A stretch of DNA of 33,580 nucleotides from Candidatus Woesearchaeota archaeon (GTDB lineage: Archaea; Nanobdellota; Nanobdellia; Pacearchaeales; GW2011-AR1). Positions 15,192-24,390 of this stretch are shown here, one piece after another. The notes below the pieces were generated by a model. It did not search any database and was not told where the DNA came from. It saw only the letters and a list, made by a program, of their open reading frames with translations. The stretch's first letter is position 1. Every line of letters starts with the position of its first letter. Both the position numbers and the translations under genes were made by a program. The stretch spans positions 1 through 33,580 of the forward strand of contig CAZGCP010000001.1 of NCBI GenBank assembly GCA_964524525.1, given 5' to 3'.

Positions 15192-15800
15192 TTAATTAAC
15201 TAATTTATCAATCTCATTGTAGAGTTTTTTAAAATTTGGATTTTCTCCGTTTAACATTAAATCAGGCTTTACATTTTTCTTAAAGTCCCTATGTTCTTGC
15301 ATCCATTTATTGACTCTTGGAAGCCAGTTTTCAAGATTATTGCTATTCCTTTCATTTATCCTTTTAATCATCTTTTCTTTAGAGATTTCTATCTGGATTA
15401 TAAAATAATCTAAGTTGTTTTCTTTACAAACCCTAAAGAAATTTTCATATTCTCTGTCAAAGCTTTTATCTAGAATTACTAGCTTATTTTTTAAAGGAAG
15501 CTCTCTCAAGAAAGAATATATGTAAAGGTTCTTTAGTTTTTCATTTTCCTGTGTGTTATTTACTATTTTATTCTGGCTATTTATTTTCATGATTTCGTCA
15601 GAATCTATCTTTATTCCTTTGTATCTCTGCTTAATTTTTTCAGAAATATATGATTTTCCCGAACAAGGGACTCCTGAAAAAGTTATTATAAGTTGTTTAT
15701 TTGGTTTTTCAGAATAATCTAATTTTTTAAAAAGCTCTTCTGAAATTTTATCAAATGTCTTTTTATCTTTCAAATATAGCTTATCATTTTCCGGAAGCAT
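15192..15800 (-). CDS. P-loop NTPase/kinase-like protein (AAA_33/zeta-toxin-like fold), specific function unknown
   Basis: 202 aa. Walker A is FSGVPCSGKSYISEKI. A hydrophobic strand followed by Asp (LVILDKSFD) serves as a Walker-B-like element. Confidence 0.5.
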   Translation of the reverse strand: MLPENDKLYLKDKKTFDKISEELFKKLDYSEKPNKQLIITFSGVPCSGKSYISEKIKQRYKGIKIDSDEIMKINSQNKIVNNTQENEKLKNLYIYSFLRELPLKNKLVILDKSFDREYENFFRVCKENNLDYFIIQIEISKEKMIKRINERNSNNLENWLPRVNKWMQEHRDFKKNVKPDLMLNGENPNFKKLYNEIDKLVN

Positions 15801-15850
15801 TTTATAGTGTAGTTAGTAAGTTTTTTATATCTTTTTTTACCTGATTTATT

Positions 15851-16573
15851 ATGGATTTTAAAAGGATAGGATTTGTTTTGATTGTAGTTTCTTTAGTGAT
15901 TATCTCATTTAACTTGAATTTCTCTATAACAGGCAATGTTGTCTCTAGTTATTTTAGCGATGTTTCTTTTTTTAATCTCCTTCCTCTGGGTTTATTTTTA
16001 ACAGGTTTTGTTCTTTTATTTACAAGCAATAAGAAAACTCTGGATTATCTAGTTTTGCCAGGAGGATGGGAAGAACAGAGAAGTAAGAGAGCTGAAGAAG
16101 AGATGGATAAAGAAAAACCAGAGAAAATAGTTATTACAGGTTATGTTGAACCAGGGAAATTGAAAGGTTCTCACAGACATAAATACTATAAAGAATTGAG
16201 AAACTACGGTCTAAAGCCAAAAGATATAAGGATTTTACAAGGAAAAGATAGTGAAGAGGATGTTTTATATTTAGGCGAGATGGTGAAAGAAGGAGATAAG
16301 GTAGGATTTGTTACATTTCCTTCACATTTTAAGGAATACCAAGAAATAATTAAAAAAGCTCGGGAAGAAGGAAAATTTCCAAAAGATGTTAAAGTAAAAA
16401 ATATTAACACGGGTTATGAAAATTTTAAGCAATGGCTTTATGGTATTGGGGGTTGGTTGGAAGAAAAATTAAATTCAGGAAAAGTAGATTATGAAAATAA
16501 TAGAGAAGAATCCTATCTTTCAAATGTTTATTCTTCAATTAAAGGAAGTGTTAAGAAGTTATTAAGGAATTAG
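15851..16573 (+). CDS. Membrane-anchored protein with a possible DUF218/YdcF-like domain
   Basis: 240 aa with two N-terminal TM helices. Weak pattern match: LVLPGG...R...IVITGY...GKDSEEDVLYLGEMV...VGFVTFPSHF. Confidence 0.35.
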   Translation: MDFKRIGFVLIVVSLVIISFNLNFSITGNVVSSYFSDVSFFNLLPLGLFLTGFVLLFTSNKKTLDYLVLPGGWEEQRSKRAEEEMDKEKPEKIVITGYVEPGKLKGSHRHKYYKELRNYGLKPKDIRILQGKDSEEDVLYLGEMVKEGDKVGFVTFPSHFKEYQEIIKKAREEGKFPKDVKVKNINTGYENFKQWLYGIGGWLEEKLNSGKVDYENNREESYLSNVYSSIKGSVKKLLRN

Positions 16574-16925
16574 TTGTAAATTCTATTTCCAAAGGTTCCG
16601 GATCTGTGTCTTGATTTCTATATAACTTCATCCTATGTTCGTATGAATTTTGTTTTTTATTATGAAAAGCCTTGTATTTGCCATGGGAATCAGAAAACTT
16701 TTGCTTAATGTATTGTCCTATTCCCGAAGGAGAAGTTCTCCCTACTCCGGATATCGGAGGAAAGGATCCTAAACTAGGTCTCATATCAATATAATCGATC
16801 CCTTTTTTTATATTCTCTCTGTCAATATTATTTAAAATTTCAACAGCTTCCTGTCCTGTTATTTTTTTATCAAGGGTTTTTTCCTTTCCTGTTACGATTT
16901 CTCTTAATGATTTATTCTTAAACAT
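16551..16925 (-). CDS. Hypothetical protein
   Basis: 124-aa ORF with ATG start and coding-like composition. Its 3' end overlaps the convergent 15851-16573 by 23 nt. No motif recognised. Confidence 0.4.
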   Translation of the reverse strand: MFKNKSLREIVTGKEKTLDKKITGQEAVEILNNIDRENIKKGIDYIDMRPSLGSFPPISGVGRTSPSGIGQYIKQKFSDSHGKYKAFHNKKQNSYEHRMKLYRNQDTDPEPLEIEFTTNSLITS

Positions 16926-16959
16926 TGTATTAATTAATAGAATATGTGACTATTTAAAC

Positions 16960-17640
16960 TTATTTTTTAGAATTTTTCTCTTCCTTTTCAGAAGAATCTT
17001 TATCTTGAACTTCTAAATCCAAATCAAGAACTTCTTTAAACTTATCCTTGAGCATTTCTGCAAATTGTTTTATTTGTTTGTCTGCTTTAAGAATTAATTT
17101 TTTATCTTGGATTTCAAAATCAATGTCTTTCCGGAATATAAATTTAATAAATGCTTTAGCTTTCTCATTTATATCTGTAACTTTTCTGTTAACTTTCACA
17201 TCATAAATAACATCTTTCCCTGCTAATAAGTTATTAAAATCCACTAAAACTCTTCCTCCTGAAACTGCTATAACTTTTCCAGTATTATTATCAAAATTAA
17301 AAACAGCTCCTTTTTGAGGATTCAAATTATTTTGTTTAAATACATTAATAGGAACTCTTTCAATTTTTTTAGGGTCTCTCTTTCCAAAAGCATTTTCTGG
17401 AGTTAATTCAATAGTGTATTCTTTTCCTGGTTCTTTTCCCTGAAGAAATTCATCTACTCCTTCAAGAAACATTCCATTACTTAAAGAAAAAATAAAGGGT
17501 TTTCCCTTTTTATCTACTTCTTTAGGACTTAATTCCTTGAGAACTTCTTTTTTATTTGAATCAAAGGGCTCTCCAGTATCTTTAATCTTTCCAGTAAATT
17601 CTATTTCAATAAAATCTCCTTTTTGAAGTTTTTCTACCAT
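16960..17640 (-). CDS. FKBP-type peptidyl-prolyl cis-trans isomerase (long archaeal SlyD-like form with insert-in-flap)
   Basis: 226 aa: GDFIEIEFTGKIKDTGEPFDSN...F.LSNGMFLEGVDEFLQGKEPG...ENAFGKRDP...GRVLVDFNNLLAGKDV.YDVKV. Confidence 0.8.
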   Translation of the reverse strand: MVEKLQKGDFIEIEFTGKIKDTGEPFDSNKKEVLKELSPKEVDKKGKPFIFSLSNGMFLEGVDEFLQGKEPGKEYTIELTPENAFGKRDPKKIERVPINVFKQNNLNPQKGAVFNFDNNTGKVIAVSGGRVLVDFNNLLAGKDVIYDVKVNRKVTDINEKAKAFIKFIFRKDIDFEIQDKKLILKADKQIKQFAEMLKDKFKEVLDLDLEVQDKDSSEKEEKNSKK

Positions 17641-17677
17641 AGAAAAATAATCAATGATATGTTTTTAAGAGTTTTGA

Positions 17678-18343
17678 TTAAAAAGGATCATATAATTTTA
17701 ATTTAGCTCCAATTGAAAATCCTCCAGAAGGCAAATTCGCATTTTCATCTTTCAAAGAAATAAAAGGAGAAAATTTTAAAGATAAATTAAAAATTTTATT
17801 TTTATTTAAATTAATTTCTTTTAAAACATCATATTCTAATAAACCAAAAAACCCATAATTCGAAGAGAGTCTTGTATTTGGATCTTCTTCTGAAAAAAAA
17901 CTTTCTTTTAGTCTAGCATAATAAGCCCCAAATCCAAAATGAAATTTTTCTTCTTGAGGGGGTTTATTTAAAAAAAGGAAATCATTAATTGAAGCACTAG
18001 CCCTAAAGTAATTTAAACAAGCACCAGATTCATACCTATTTGATCCTTTTGCAGGTTTACTATCATAAAAAATACTTGTTTCTATATCTCCTATTCTTTT
18101 AATGCCTTTTGTAAAAGATAATTCTAAACCTGGAAAAATTCCATAAGAATTATTCAATCTTGAATCATTAAATCTAAAAACACTCACTCCAGAAGAAAAA
18201 GTATAATTTCTCATTCCATAAACATTTCTTTTATGTACTTGAGAATTAGTATTAACAAATAAAGAAGTGAGGAAAGTTGTAATTAATATGGATTTTTTTA
18301 ATTTGTTAGAAAGTTTTTTCATAATTATTGTAGTATTAGGCAT
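17678..18343 (-). CDS. Secreted protein with an 8-strand amphipathic beta pattern (outer-membrane beta-barrel-like), function unknown
   Basis: 221 aa. An alternative ATG at 18322 gives MKKLSNKLKKSILITTFLTSLFVNTNSQ, a signal-like peptide. Alternating hydrophobic strands: YTFSSGVSVFRF, GLELSFTKG, IETSIFYDS, CLNYFRASASI, FHFGFGAYYARL, YGFFGLLEYDV, FNLSLKFSPFISL, GFSIGAKLKL. Terminal residue is Phe. Confidence 0.6.
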   Translation of the reverse strand: MPNTTIIMKKLSNKLKKSILITTFLTSLFVNTNSQVHKRNVYGMRNYTFSSGVSVFRFNDSRLNNSYGIFPGLELSFTKGIKRIGDIETSIFYDSKPAKGSNRYESGACLNYFRASASINDFLFLNKPPQEEKFHFGFGAYYARLKESFFSEEDPNTRLSSNYGFFGLLEYDVLKEINLNKNKIFNLSLKFSPFISLKDENANLPSGGFSIGAKLKLYDPF

Positions 18344-18414
18344 ATTAAAAGAATTATTGTTCTTTTATTCTATTATTACATAAACTTTATAAATAAAAAG
18401 TGGTTTTGAATTCC

Positions 18415-18807
18415 ATGGTATTGAAAATAATTAATGCTACTGAAGCAAAAAAGGGGACAAATATTATTGTTGAGGGTGTTCCTTGTATGGTTAAAAATGT
18501 TGATATCTCAAAAACAGGGAAACATGGACATGCTAAATGTAAAATTGAGGCTGTTGGAATTGTTAGTGGACAGAAAAAAGTTTTTGTTGTTCCAGGACAT
18601 GAAAAAATAGAAGTTCCTATAGTAGAAAAAAGAAAAGCTCAAATTCTTTCTAAGGCAGATAAAAAGGCGAGTATAATGGATTTAGAATCTTTTGAAACCC
18701 TTGAAGTTTCTTGTCCAGATCAAGAAGTTTTTAATTCTCTTGAAGAAAATGGAAATTGCGAATATTGGGATGTGGAAGGTGAAAAGATTGTTAAAAGGAA
18801 ATTATAA
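18415..18807 (+). CDS. eif5a: Translation initiation factor 5A (aIF5A)
   Basis: Hypusine-site motif ISKTGKHGHAKCKIEAVG. I prefer ATG at 18415 over the track's GTG at 18400. TATA-like tttataaataaaaa lies about 25-30 nt upstream. Confidence 0.9.
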   Translation: MVLKIINATEAKKGTNIIVEGVPCMVKNVDISKTGKHGHAKCKIEAVGIVSGQKKVFVVPGHEKIEVPIVEKRKAQILSKADKKASIMDLESFETLEVSCPDQEVFNSLEENGNCEYWDVEGEKIVKRKL

Positions 18808-18849
18808 TTAATCAAAAACCTTTAAAAACACTTTAATTCTAAATTAATT

Positions 18850-19014
18850 ATGGCAACAAAAATTCCAGAAGCTCAAAGTAGAATGTTCAAGAATATTTTT
18901 GTATGTAAAAAATGTGCTACAAAAATGAGAGCAGATCCTCAAAAAATCTTAAAAGGAAAAATCAAATGTAGAAATTGTAGTGCAACTGCATTTAGACCCC
19001 TAAAAAGGAAGTGA
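18850..19014 (+). CDS. rpl40e: Ribosomal protein eL40 (L40e)
   Basis: Not in the supplied ORF track (54 aa). My translation is MATKIPEAQSRMFKNIFVCKKCATKMRADPQKILKGKIKCRNCSATAFRPLKRK*, a C4 zinc-ribbon ribosomal protein pattern. Confidence 0.7.
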   Translation: MATKIPEAQSRMFKNIFVCKKCATKMRADPQKILKGKIKCRNCSATAFRPLKRK

Positions 19015-19019
19015 TTAAA

Positions 19020-20453
19020 ATGAATTTTCAAGCATATGACTTAATTTTATTAACAATATTTGTAATTCTTGTGTCTTTCTTTTTATATAAAAACAAAAAA
19101 AACTTGAAAAGAGAAGGTTTGCTTTTTATTTATAGGACAAAATGGGGAATGAAATTAATTGATTCTATTGGTGGCAAATATAAAAAGACTTTAAAATTCT
19201 TAAGTTATATTTCAATAACAATAGGTTACTTATTAATGGGTTTTATGCTTTATTTATTTGGAAAAATTGTTTATATCTATATTGCTCTCCCATCATATGT
19301 TCAGGCTATTAAAATTCCTCCAATAACTCCGATATTCCCTTATATGGATAAAGTAATTCCAGGATTTCCTCCTTTTTATTTTATTTATTTTATTTTAATA
19401 TTAGCAATAATTGCAATTTTTCATGAATTTGCTCATGGGATTTTTATGAGGAGATATGGAATAAAAATAAAATCTACTGGTTTTGGGTTCTTTCCTTTTT
19501 TCCTTCCAATATTTTTAGCTGCTTTTGTTGAGCAAGATGAAGGAAGTATGGAAAATAAATCTCCATTTAAACAAATGGCTGTTTTAGCTGCAGGGACATT
19601 TGCAAATTTATTAACTGCTATTGTAAGTTTTGGTATTCTTCTTTTAATTCTTTCTACAATGTTCAATCCTGCAGGAGTAAATGTTATTCCAGACAATAGT
19701 ATTTTAGTAGCAATCCCTTTAGCAAATATTACAGGAATAAATAATATCACTCTTGATAACCCCACACATGAAATTCTCCTTGAAAATATAGGAAATAAAA
19801 CAGGAATATTAAAAACACAAGAGAAAGAATATCTAATAACAAAAAAAATTTTAGAAAATAAAAATATGACCTCAGAAAATTCAATAAAGGCATATCTTTC
19901 CCCTCCAGTATCAAAAATAGGAACAGATAAATCAGAAAAAAATGCAAATAGGGAAGAGTTTATCATCAAATATATTGGAAACCAAAAAATAACAAGTGTT
20001 CAAAAAATTTCAGAAATTATTTCAGATTATTCTCCAAAAGAAAAAGTAATCATAAAAACAAATAAAGGAGATTATGAAATAGAATTTCAAGAAAGCCCTT
20101 ATGAGGAAGATAAAGCATGGTTGGGAGTTTTTGTTTTACAAAGACCTTTAATTGGGGGGCATAAAGCCATAATGCCGGGGATAGGAAAACCTGGGATTTA
20201 TTATGAAGCAAAATCAGAATTAGGAATAATTCTTGAAAATTTCTTTGAATGGTTAGTTTTAATTAGTTTTGGAGTTGCATTAATTAATATGCTTCCTATG
20301 GGAATTTTTGATGGAGGAAGATTTTTCTATTTGACAATTTATAGCTTAACAAAATCAGAAAAAAAAGCTAAGAATTGGTTTAAATTTTCAACTAATTTCT
20401 TATTGTTTTTAGTATTACTAATAATGATTTTTTGGGGTTTGAGTTTTTTATAA
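19020..20453 (+). CDS. Site-2 protease family (M50) membrane metalloprotease with a PDZ-like insert
   Basis: HEFAHGIF (HExxH) in a TM helix. Second motif is NMLPMGIFDGGRF near the C-terminus. Multiple TM segments. ATG at 19020 preferred over GTG at 19011. Confidence 0.8.
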   Translation: MNFQAYDLILLTIFVILVSFFLYKNKKNLKREGLLFIYRTKWGMKLIDSIGGKYKKTLKFLSYISITIGYLLMGFMLYLFGKIVYIYIALPSYVQAIKIPPITPIFPYMDKVIPGFPPFYFIYFILILAIIAIFHEFAHGIFMRRYGIKIKSTGFGFFPFFLPIFLAAFVEQDEGSMENKSPFKQMAVLAAGTFANLLTAIVSFGILLLILSTMFNPAGVNVIPDNSILVAIPLANITGINNITLDNPTHEILLENIGNKTGILKTQEKEYLITKKILENKNMTSENSIKAYLSPPVSKIGTDKSEKNANREEFIIKYIGNQKITSVQKISEIISDYSPKEKVIIKTNKGDYEIEFQESPYEEDKAWLGVFVLQRPLIGGHKAIMPGIGKPGIYYEAKSELGIILENFFEWLVLISFGVALINMLPMGIFDGGRFFYLTIYSLTKSEKKAKNWFKFSTNFLLFLVLLIMIFWGLSFL

Positions 20454-20485
20454 AGTTTTAAGTAGTTCTTGTTTTTTTTAATAAA

Positions 20486-21496
20486 ATGAATGAAGAAGAT
20501 ATTAGAAAAAGAATGAAAAAGCAAGGTTATCGATTTGTTGGAAATCATTCAGCTGTGCAGATTTGTCGTTGGACTAAAAATTCTTTAAGAGATGAAGGAG
20601 TCTGTTATAAAGAAAAATTTTATGGAATAAAAAGTCATAGATGTTGTCAAATGACTCCTTGGCTTGCTTGTCAAAATAAGTGTTTGCATTGCTGGAGAGC
20701 TATTGAACTTGATTTTAATAAATTAATAAACTCAACAAAAGGAATAAATTCTCCTGGAGAAATAATTGATAATTGTATTAAAGCTCAAAAAAAATTACTT
20801 GAAGGATTTAAAATTCTCCCTGAAACAAAAGATAAAACTGTTAGTAAAGCAAACATGAAAAAGTACCAAGAAGCTTTAGAACCCACTCAATTTGCAATCT
20901 CTCTTTTAGGGGAACCAACATTTTATCCAAAAATAGGTCCTTTAATAGAAGAATTTCGGAGACGAGGTAAAACAAGTTTTCTTGTAACCAATGGAGGGTT
21001 TCCTGAAAAACTAAAAGAACTATATGAAAAAAACCAACTTCCAACACAATTATATATTTCAGTAATGGCAGGGAATAAAAAACTATATGATAGGCTTGTT
21101 AATAGTGAGGATAAAAAAGCATGGGAAAAATTAAATAAAACCTTGGAATTAATGCCTCAATTAGGAGAAAAGACTCGAACTGTTTTTAGAATGAATTTAA
21201 TTAAAGAACTAAATATGGAAGACAAACATATTAGTGAATTTGCTCAGATGATTAAAAAATCTCAACCATTAATAATAGAATGCAAGGGTTTTATGTCAGT
21301 AGGTTTTGCAAGAGAAAGATTAGGTTATGATAAAATGCCAAGAGATAAAGAAATGAAATATTTTGTAAAAAAATTAGAAAAAGAATTGCAAAACATAGGA
21401 GAGAATTACAAGTTTATTGTAGAACACGAACGTTCAAGAGCTTATGCTCTTGCAAAAAATAAAAATGAGTTGAAGATTAAAAAAGAAGAGATTTAA
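20486..21496 (+). CDS. taw1: tRNA 4-demethylwyosine synthase Taw1/TYW1 (radical SAM)
   Basis: 336 aa: GYRFVGNHSAVQICRWTK...CYK..FYGI.SHRC.QMTP...CQNKCLHCWR (a CxxxCxxC cluster plus the upstream Cys cluster typical of TYW1). Confidence 0.85.
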   Translation: MNEEDIRKRMKKQGYRFVGNHSAVQICRWTKNSLRDEGVCYKEKFYGIKSHRCCQMTPWLACQNKCLHCWRAIELDFNKLINSTKGINSPGEIIDNCIKAQKKLLEGFKILPETKDKTVSKANMKKYQEALEPTQFAISLLGEPTFYPKIGPLIEEFRRRGKTSFLVTNGGFPEKLKELYEKNQLPTQLYISVMAGNKKLYDRLVNSEDKKAWEKLNKTLELMPQLGEKTRTVFRMNLIKELNMEDKHISEFAQMIKKSQPLIIECKGFMSVGFARERLGYDKMPRDKEMKYFVKKLEKELQNIGENYKFIVEHERSRAYALAKNKNELKIKKEEI

Positions 21497-21789
21497 TCTA
21501 AATTCTTCTCAGAATATCCTTTAAAACGATATGCTAAATATTTTGTGTTTCCAATTTGTAGAATTGAATGGTTATTTTCTACAAAAGCCAAAGTTTTTGC
21601 ATAAAAATTTAAAGGGGCTTTTGCATTTCTAGGATACATTGCAACAAACTCATTTTTCATTTCAACATCAAAATATTCATGGTTAAAACCTCTGTCCTTA
21701 AAAGTTTCATTAGGAATTCTTTTTATTGCAGACTTCATTTTCTTGATTTCTTTTAAATTCCCGTGAAAGATTATCCCCTCTAATTTCAT
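21493..21789 (-). CDS. Hypothetical protein
   Basis: The track ORF starts at TTG (21801). The first ATG is at 21789 (MKLEGIIFHG...), 1 nt after the upstream gene's stop. No motif recognised. Confidence 0.4.
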   Translation of the reverse strand: MKLEGIIFHGNLKEIKKMKSAIKRIPNETFKDRGFNHEYFDVEMKNEFVAMYPRNAKAPLNFYAKTLAFVENNHSILQIGNTKYLAYRFKGYSEKNLD

Positions 21790-21790
21790 T

Positions 21791-22141
21791 TTACAAATCA
21801 ATCACTCCCTCTTTTGTCAAAGCAGCAAAACGAACTCCAACAGGTAAATTAATTAAAGCAGACATTAAAGCCATGTGTTCTTTTCCTGAACCAGATGCAA
21901 TTGTTAATGCAACTTCCATTCCATTAATTTTTCCTTTAAGTTTTTTAGAAAAAGAATCTGTTAAATCTGTTATTCTTTTTGATAAATCTACTTTGATAAA
22001 CTCAAAATCCTTTTCATGGGAAAATTCCTTAGCAAAATCATCTCCAAGCAGAATTATTTTATCCCAATCTCGGTGTTTCATTAAACCAGATACTTGAGCC
22101 CAAGTTCCTTTTCCAGATGATAATAAAGCTATAAGTTCCAT
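21791..22141 (-). CDS. Hypothetical small alpha/beta protein
   Basis: 116 aa: LLSSGKGTW...ILLGDDF...LTIASGSGKEHMALMSA. A nucleotide-binding-fold-like alternation, but no firm family. Confidence 0.45.
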   Translation of the reverse strand: MELIALLSSGKGTWAQVSGLMKHRDWDKIILLGDDFAKEFSHEKDFEFIKVDLSKRITDLTDSFSKKLKGKINGMEVALTIASGSGKEHMALMSALINLPVGVRFAALTKEGVIDL

Positions 22142-22231
22142 ACTATTAAAAATATTTTTTCTTTTTTAAGTATTATTGTAATAAGAATCCAAATAAGTTA
22201 AATTTATAAAAAATATCAATAATTTACATAT

Positions 22232-22714
22232 ATGGAAAAAAAGGTTAAAAAAATAACAGAAAAGAAAAAGGATGAATTAATAAAAGAACTAAGAATAAAA
22301 AATAGAGAACTTAGGGAAATTCAAAGAGAAAAGAAGAAGAAAGAGGGAGCGAAAACATTTCAATCTGTTTTATCTTTAATAAGTATTGTTGGTTTTATTG
22401 GTATAATTTCCGAAACATTGCTTTATCTTGAAATAACTAATTATGTTAAATTTGCTTGGATGACTATTATGGGTATTGGCTTGTTTATAGAGGCAGATTC
22501 ATGGAAACTTATTAAAAAAATAAAAAACAAAGGTTTTGAAGATGAAAATTTTCATAGATTAGTTACTAGTACTATTGGTGCATTGGCTACAATAATAGGT
22601 ATTCTAACTTTTCCTCTTTGGAACATAACTTCTCCAGGATTCCTTGCAATAAAAGGAACTATTTCAATAATCGCTGTATTGTATATATTTTTTCAAACAT
22701 GGTTCATCAAATAA
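22232..22714 (+). CDS. Hypothetical membrane protein with a charged N-terminal helix
   Basis: 160 aa. Lys/Glu-rich N-terminus followed by about 4 TM helices. Confidence 0.5.
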   Translation: MEKKVKKITEKKKDELIKELRIKNRELREIQREKKKKEGAKTFQSVLSLISIVGFIGIISETLLYLEITNYVKFAWMTIMGIGLFIEADSWKLIKKIKNKGFEDENFHRLVTSTIGALATIIGILTFPLWNITSPGFLAIKGTISIIAVLYIFFQTWFIK

Positions 22715-22811
22715 AACCAAATAATTTAAAAACCCTGAAAAATATTGAATTTTACCAATTAACTACATCATCAGGAGATACTAATTTCTAGACTCTCTGG
22801 TGCATAATGTA

Positions 22812-22816
22812 GGAGG
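22812..22816 (+). promoter_or_regulatory. Shine-Dalgarno-like GGAGG preceding rpl1
   Basis: taGGAGGttaaaaatATG, with 8 nt between the motif and the ATG at 22825. A similar cGGAGGaactaaaataaaATG precedes the P1 gene (24373-24377). Confidence 0.5.
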
Positions 22817-22824
22817 TTAAAAAT

Positions 22825-23457
22825 ATGGCAGAATTAGAAGAACAACTTAAAGAAGCATTAGAAAACTTAAGAAAGAATAGTAAGGAAAGAAAATTTAAAC
22901 AATCAGTAGATTTAGTTGTTAACTTACAAAAATTTAGTGTTAAAAAAAACAATATTAATACATTTGTGACTCTTCCTAATAAAATAAAAAATAAAAAAAT
23001 TGCAGGATTTTTTGAAATTAAAAATAAAAATATTGAAACAATAACTCCAGAAGAATTTTCAAAATACAAAGACAAGAAAAAATTGAAAAATCTTGCTAAA
23101 AAATACGATTTCTTTGTTGCTGAAGCAAAAGTTATGCCTAAAGTTGCTTCTACTTTTGGTAGAGTATTAGGGCCTGCAGGAAAAATGCCTTCTCCTCAAT
23201 TAGGAATAATTCCAAATGTAAATGATAAAGAGATTCAAGAATTAGTTAATAAATTAAATAATAGTGTTAGAATAAGAACAAAAGAAGCAAGCATAAAACT
23301 AATTATTGGGAAAGAAGATTCTAAAGATAAGGAATTGATTGAAAATATCATGACTCTCTATAATAAACTAATAAATGAACTTCCAAAACAAAAAGAAAAC
23401 ATAAAGAATATTGAAATAAAATTCACTATGAGTAAACCTGAAAAAATAAAAGTTTAA
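22825..23457 (+). CDS. rpl1: Ribosomal protein uL1
   Basis: 210 aa: ...RKFKQSVDLVVNLQ...FFVAEAKVMPKVASTFGRVLGPAGKMPSP...SVRIRTKE. First gene of the L1-P0-P1 operon. Confidence 0.9.
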   Translation: MAELEEQLKEALENLRKNSKERKFKQSVDLVVNLQKFSVKKNNINTFVTLPNKIKNKKIAGFFEIKNKNIETITPEEFSKYKDKKKLKNLAKKYDFFVAEAKVMPKVASTFGRVLGPAGKMPSPQLGIIPNVNDKEIQELVNKLNNSVRIRTKEASIKLIIGKEDSKDKELIENIMTLYNKLINELPKQKENIKNIEIKFTMSKPEKIKV

Positions 23458-23458
23458 A

Positions 23459-24352
23459 ATGAGTTTAAGAACAAAAAAAATTCCAAAAAAGAAAGTAAAG
23501 CTAGTTGAAGATTTAAAAGATTTAATTAAAAAAAATAAAACAATTTTGGTTGTTTCTATAAGAAATATTCCTGCTTCAAAATTTCAAGAAATTGCAAAGA
23601 AATTGAGAGGAAAGGCAGTAGTAAAAGTTCCTAAAAAGAGTTTAATTAATAGAGCAATAGAAGAATCTGGAAGAAAAGAGATTAAAAAATTAGAAGAGAA
23701 TATTGATGAAAGTTTTGCTATTTTATTTTCAAATGAAGATGCATTTGATCTTGCTTCAGAATTATCAAAAACAAAAAGTCCAGCAAAAGCAAAAGCAGGA
23801 CAAGAAGCTCCAGAAGATATTGAAATTCAAGAAGGTCCAACAGACTTACCTCCAGGACCTGCAATAAGTGAGCTGGGAGCAGTAGGCTTACAAGTTAAAG
23901 TAGATAAAGGTAAACTAACTATTCAAGAATCAAAAGTAGTTGTAAAAGGAGGGGAAGAAATTAAACCTGCAGTTGCAGATGTTTTAGGTAAATTAGATAT
24001 TAAACCTTTTTCAATTGGATTTACTCCTCTGGGAGCTTTTGATACTGAAGAAAAAAAATATTTTGGAGAAATAAAAATTGATACTGAAGGATATTTAGAA
24101 CAATTAAAACAAGCTTATTCAAAGGCAATCCCTTTTGCATTAGAAATTGGGTATATTACAAGTGAAACAATGAAAATTATGATTCAAAAAGCAGGAGCTC
24201 ATGCTAATAAAATAAATAGAATTATTACAGGAGAACCTGAACCAGTTGCAGAAACTCCAACTGAAGAACCTAAAGAAGAAGAATCCAAAGAAACTAAACA
24301 AGAGGAATCAGAGGCTAATGCTGGTGAAGGACTATCTGCATTATTTGGATAA
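23459..24352 (+). CDS. rpl10: Ribosomal stalk protein uL10 (P0)
   Basis: 297 aa. Acidic C-terminus ending GEGLSALFG. Follows rpl1 by 1 nt. Confidence 0.9.
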   Translation: MSLRTKKIPKKKVKLVEDLKDLIKKNKTILVVSIRNIPASKFQEIAKKLRGKAVVKVPKKSLINRAIEESGRKEIKKLEENIDESFAILFSNEDAFDLASELSKTKSPAKAKAGQEAPEDIEIQEGPTDLPPGPAISELGAVGLQVKVDKGKLTIQESKVVVKGGEEIKPAVADVLGKLDIKPFSIGFTPLGAFDTEEKKYFGEIKIDTEGYLEQLKQAYSKAIPFALEIGYITSETMKIMIQKAGAHANKINRIITGEPEPVAETPTEEPKEEESKETKQEESEANAGEGLSALFG

Positions 24353-24390
24353 TCAAACTCTCCAAAATAAATCGGAGGAACTAAAATAAA

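Noticed and set aside
5908-18343. Bacterial contamination or chimeric contig as the explanation for the T9SS-like CTD and OMP-like barrel
   Set aside because: Both genes have the same extreme AT-richness and the same promoter style as their neighbours, and are flanked on both sides by archaeal-type genes on one contiguous sequence. This cannot be fully excluded without read mapping, which is noted as a check.
21791-22141. CARF-like or nucleotide-sensor domain (LTIASGSGKEHMALMSA resembles the CARF T-G-G-t-K motif)
   Set aside because: It is a single short motif in a 116-aa protein, with no effector domain and no CRISPR/CBASS context. That is too weak to claim.
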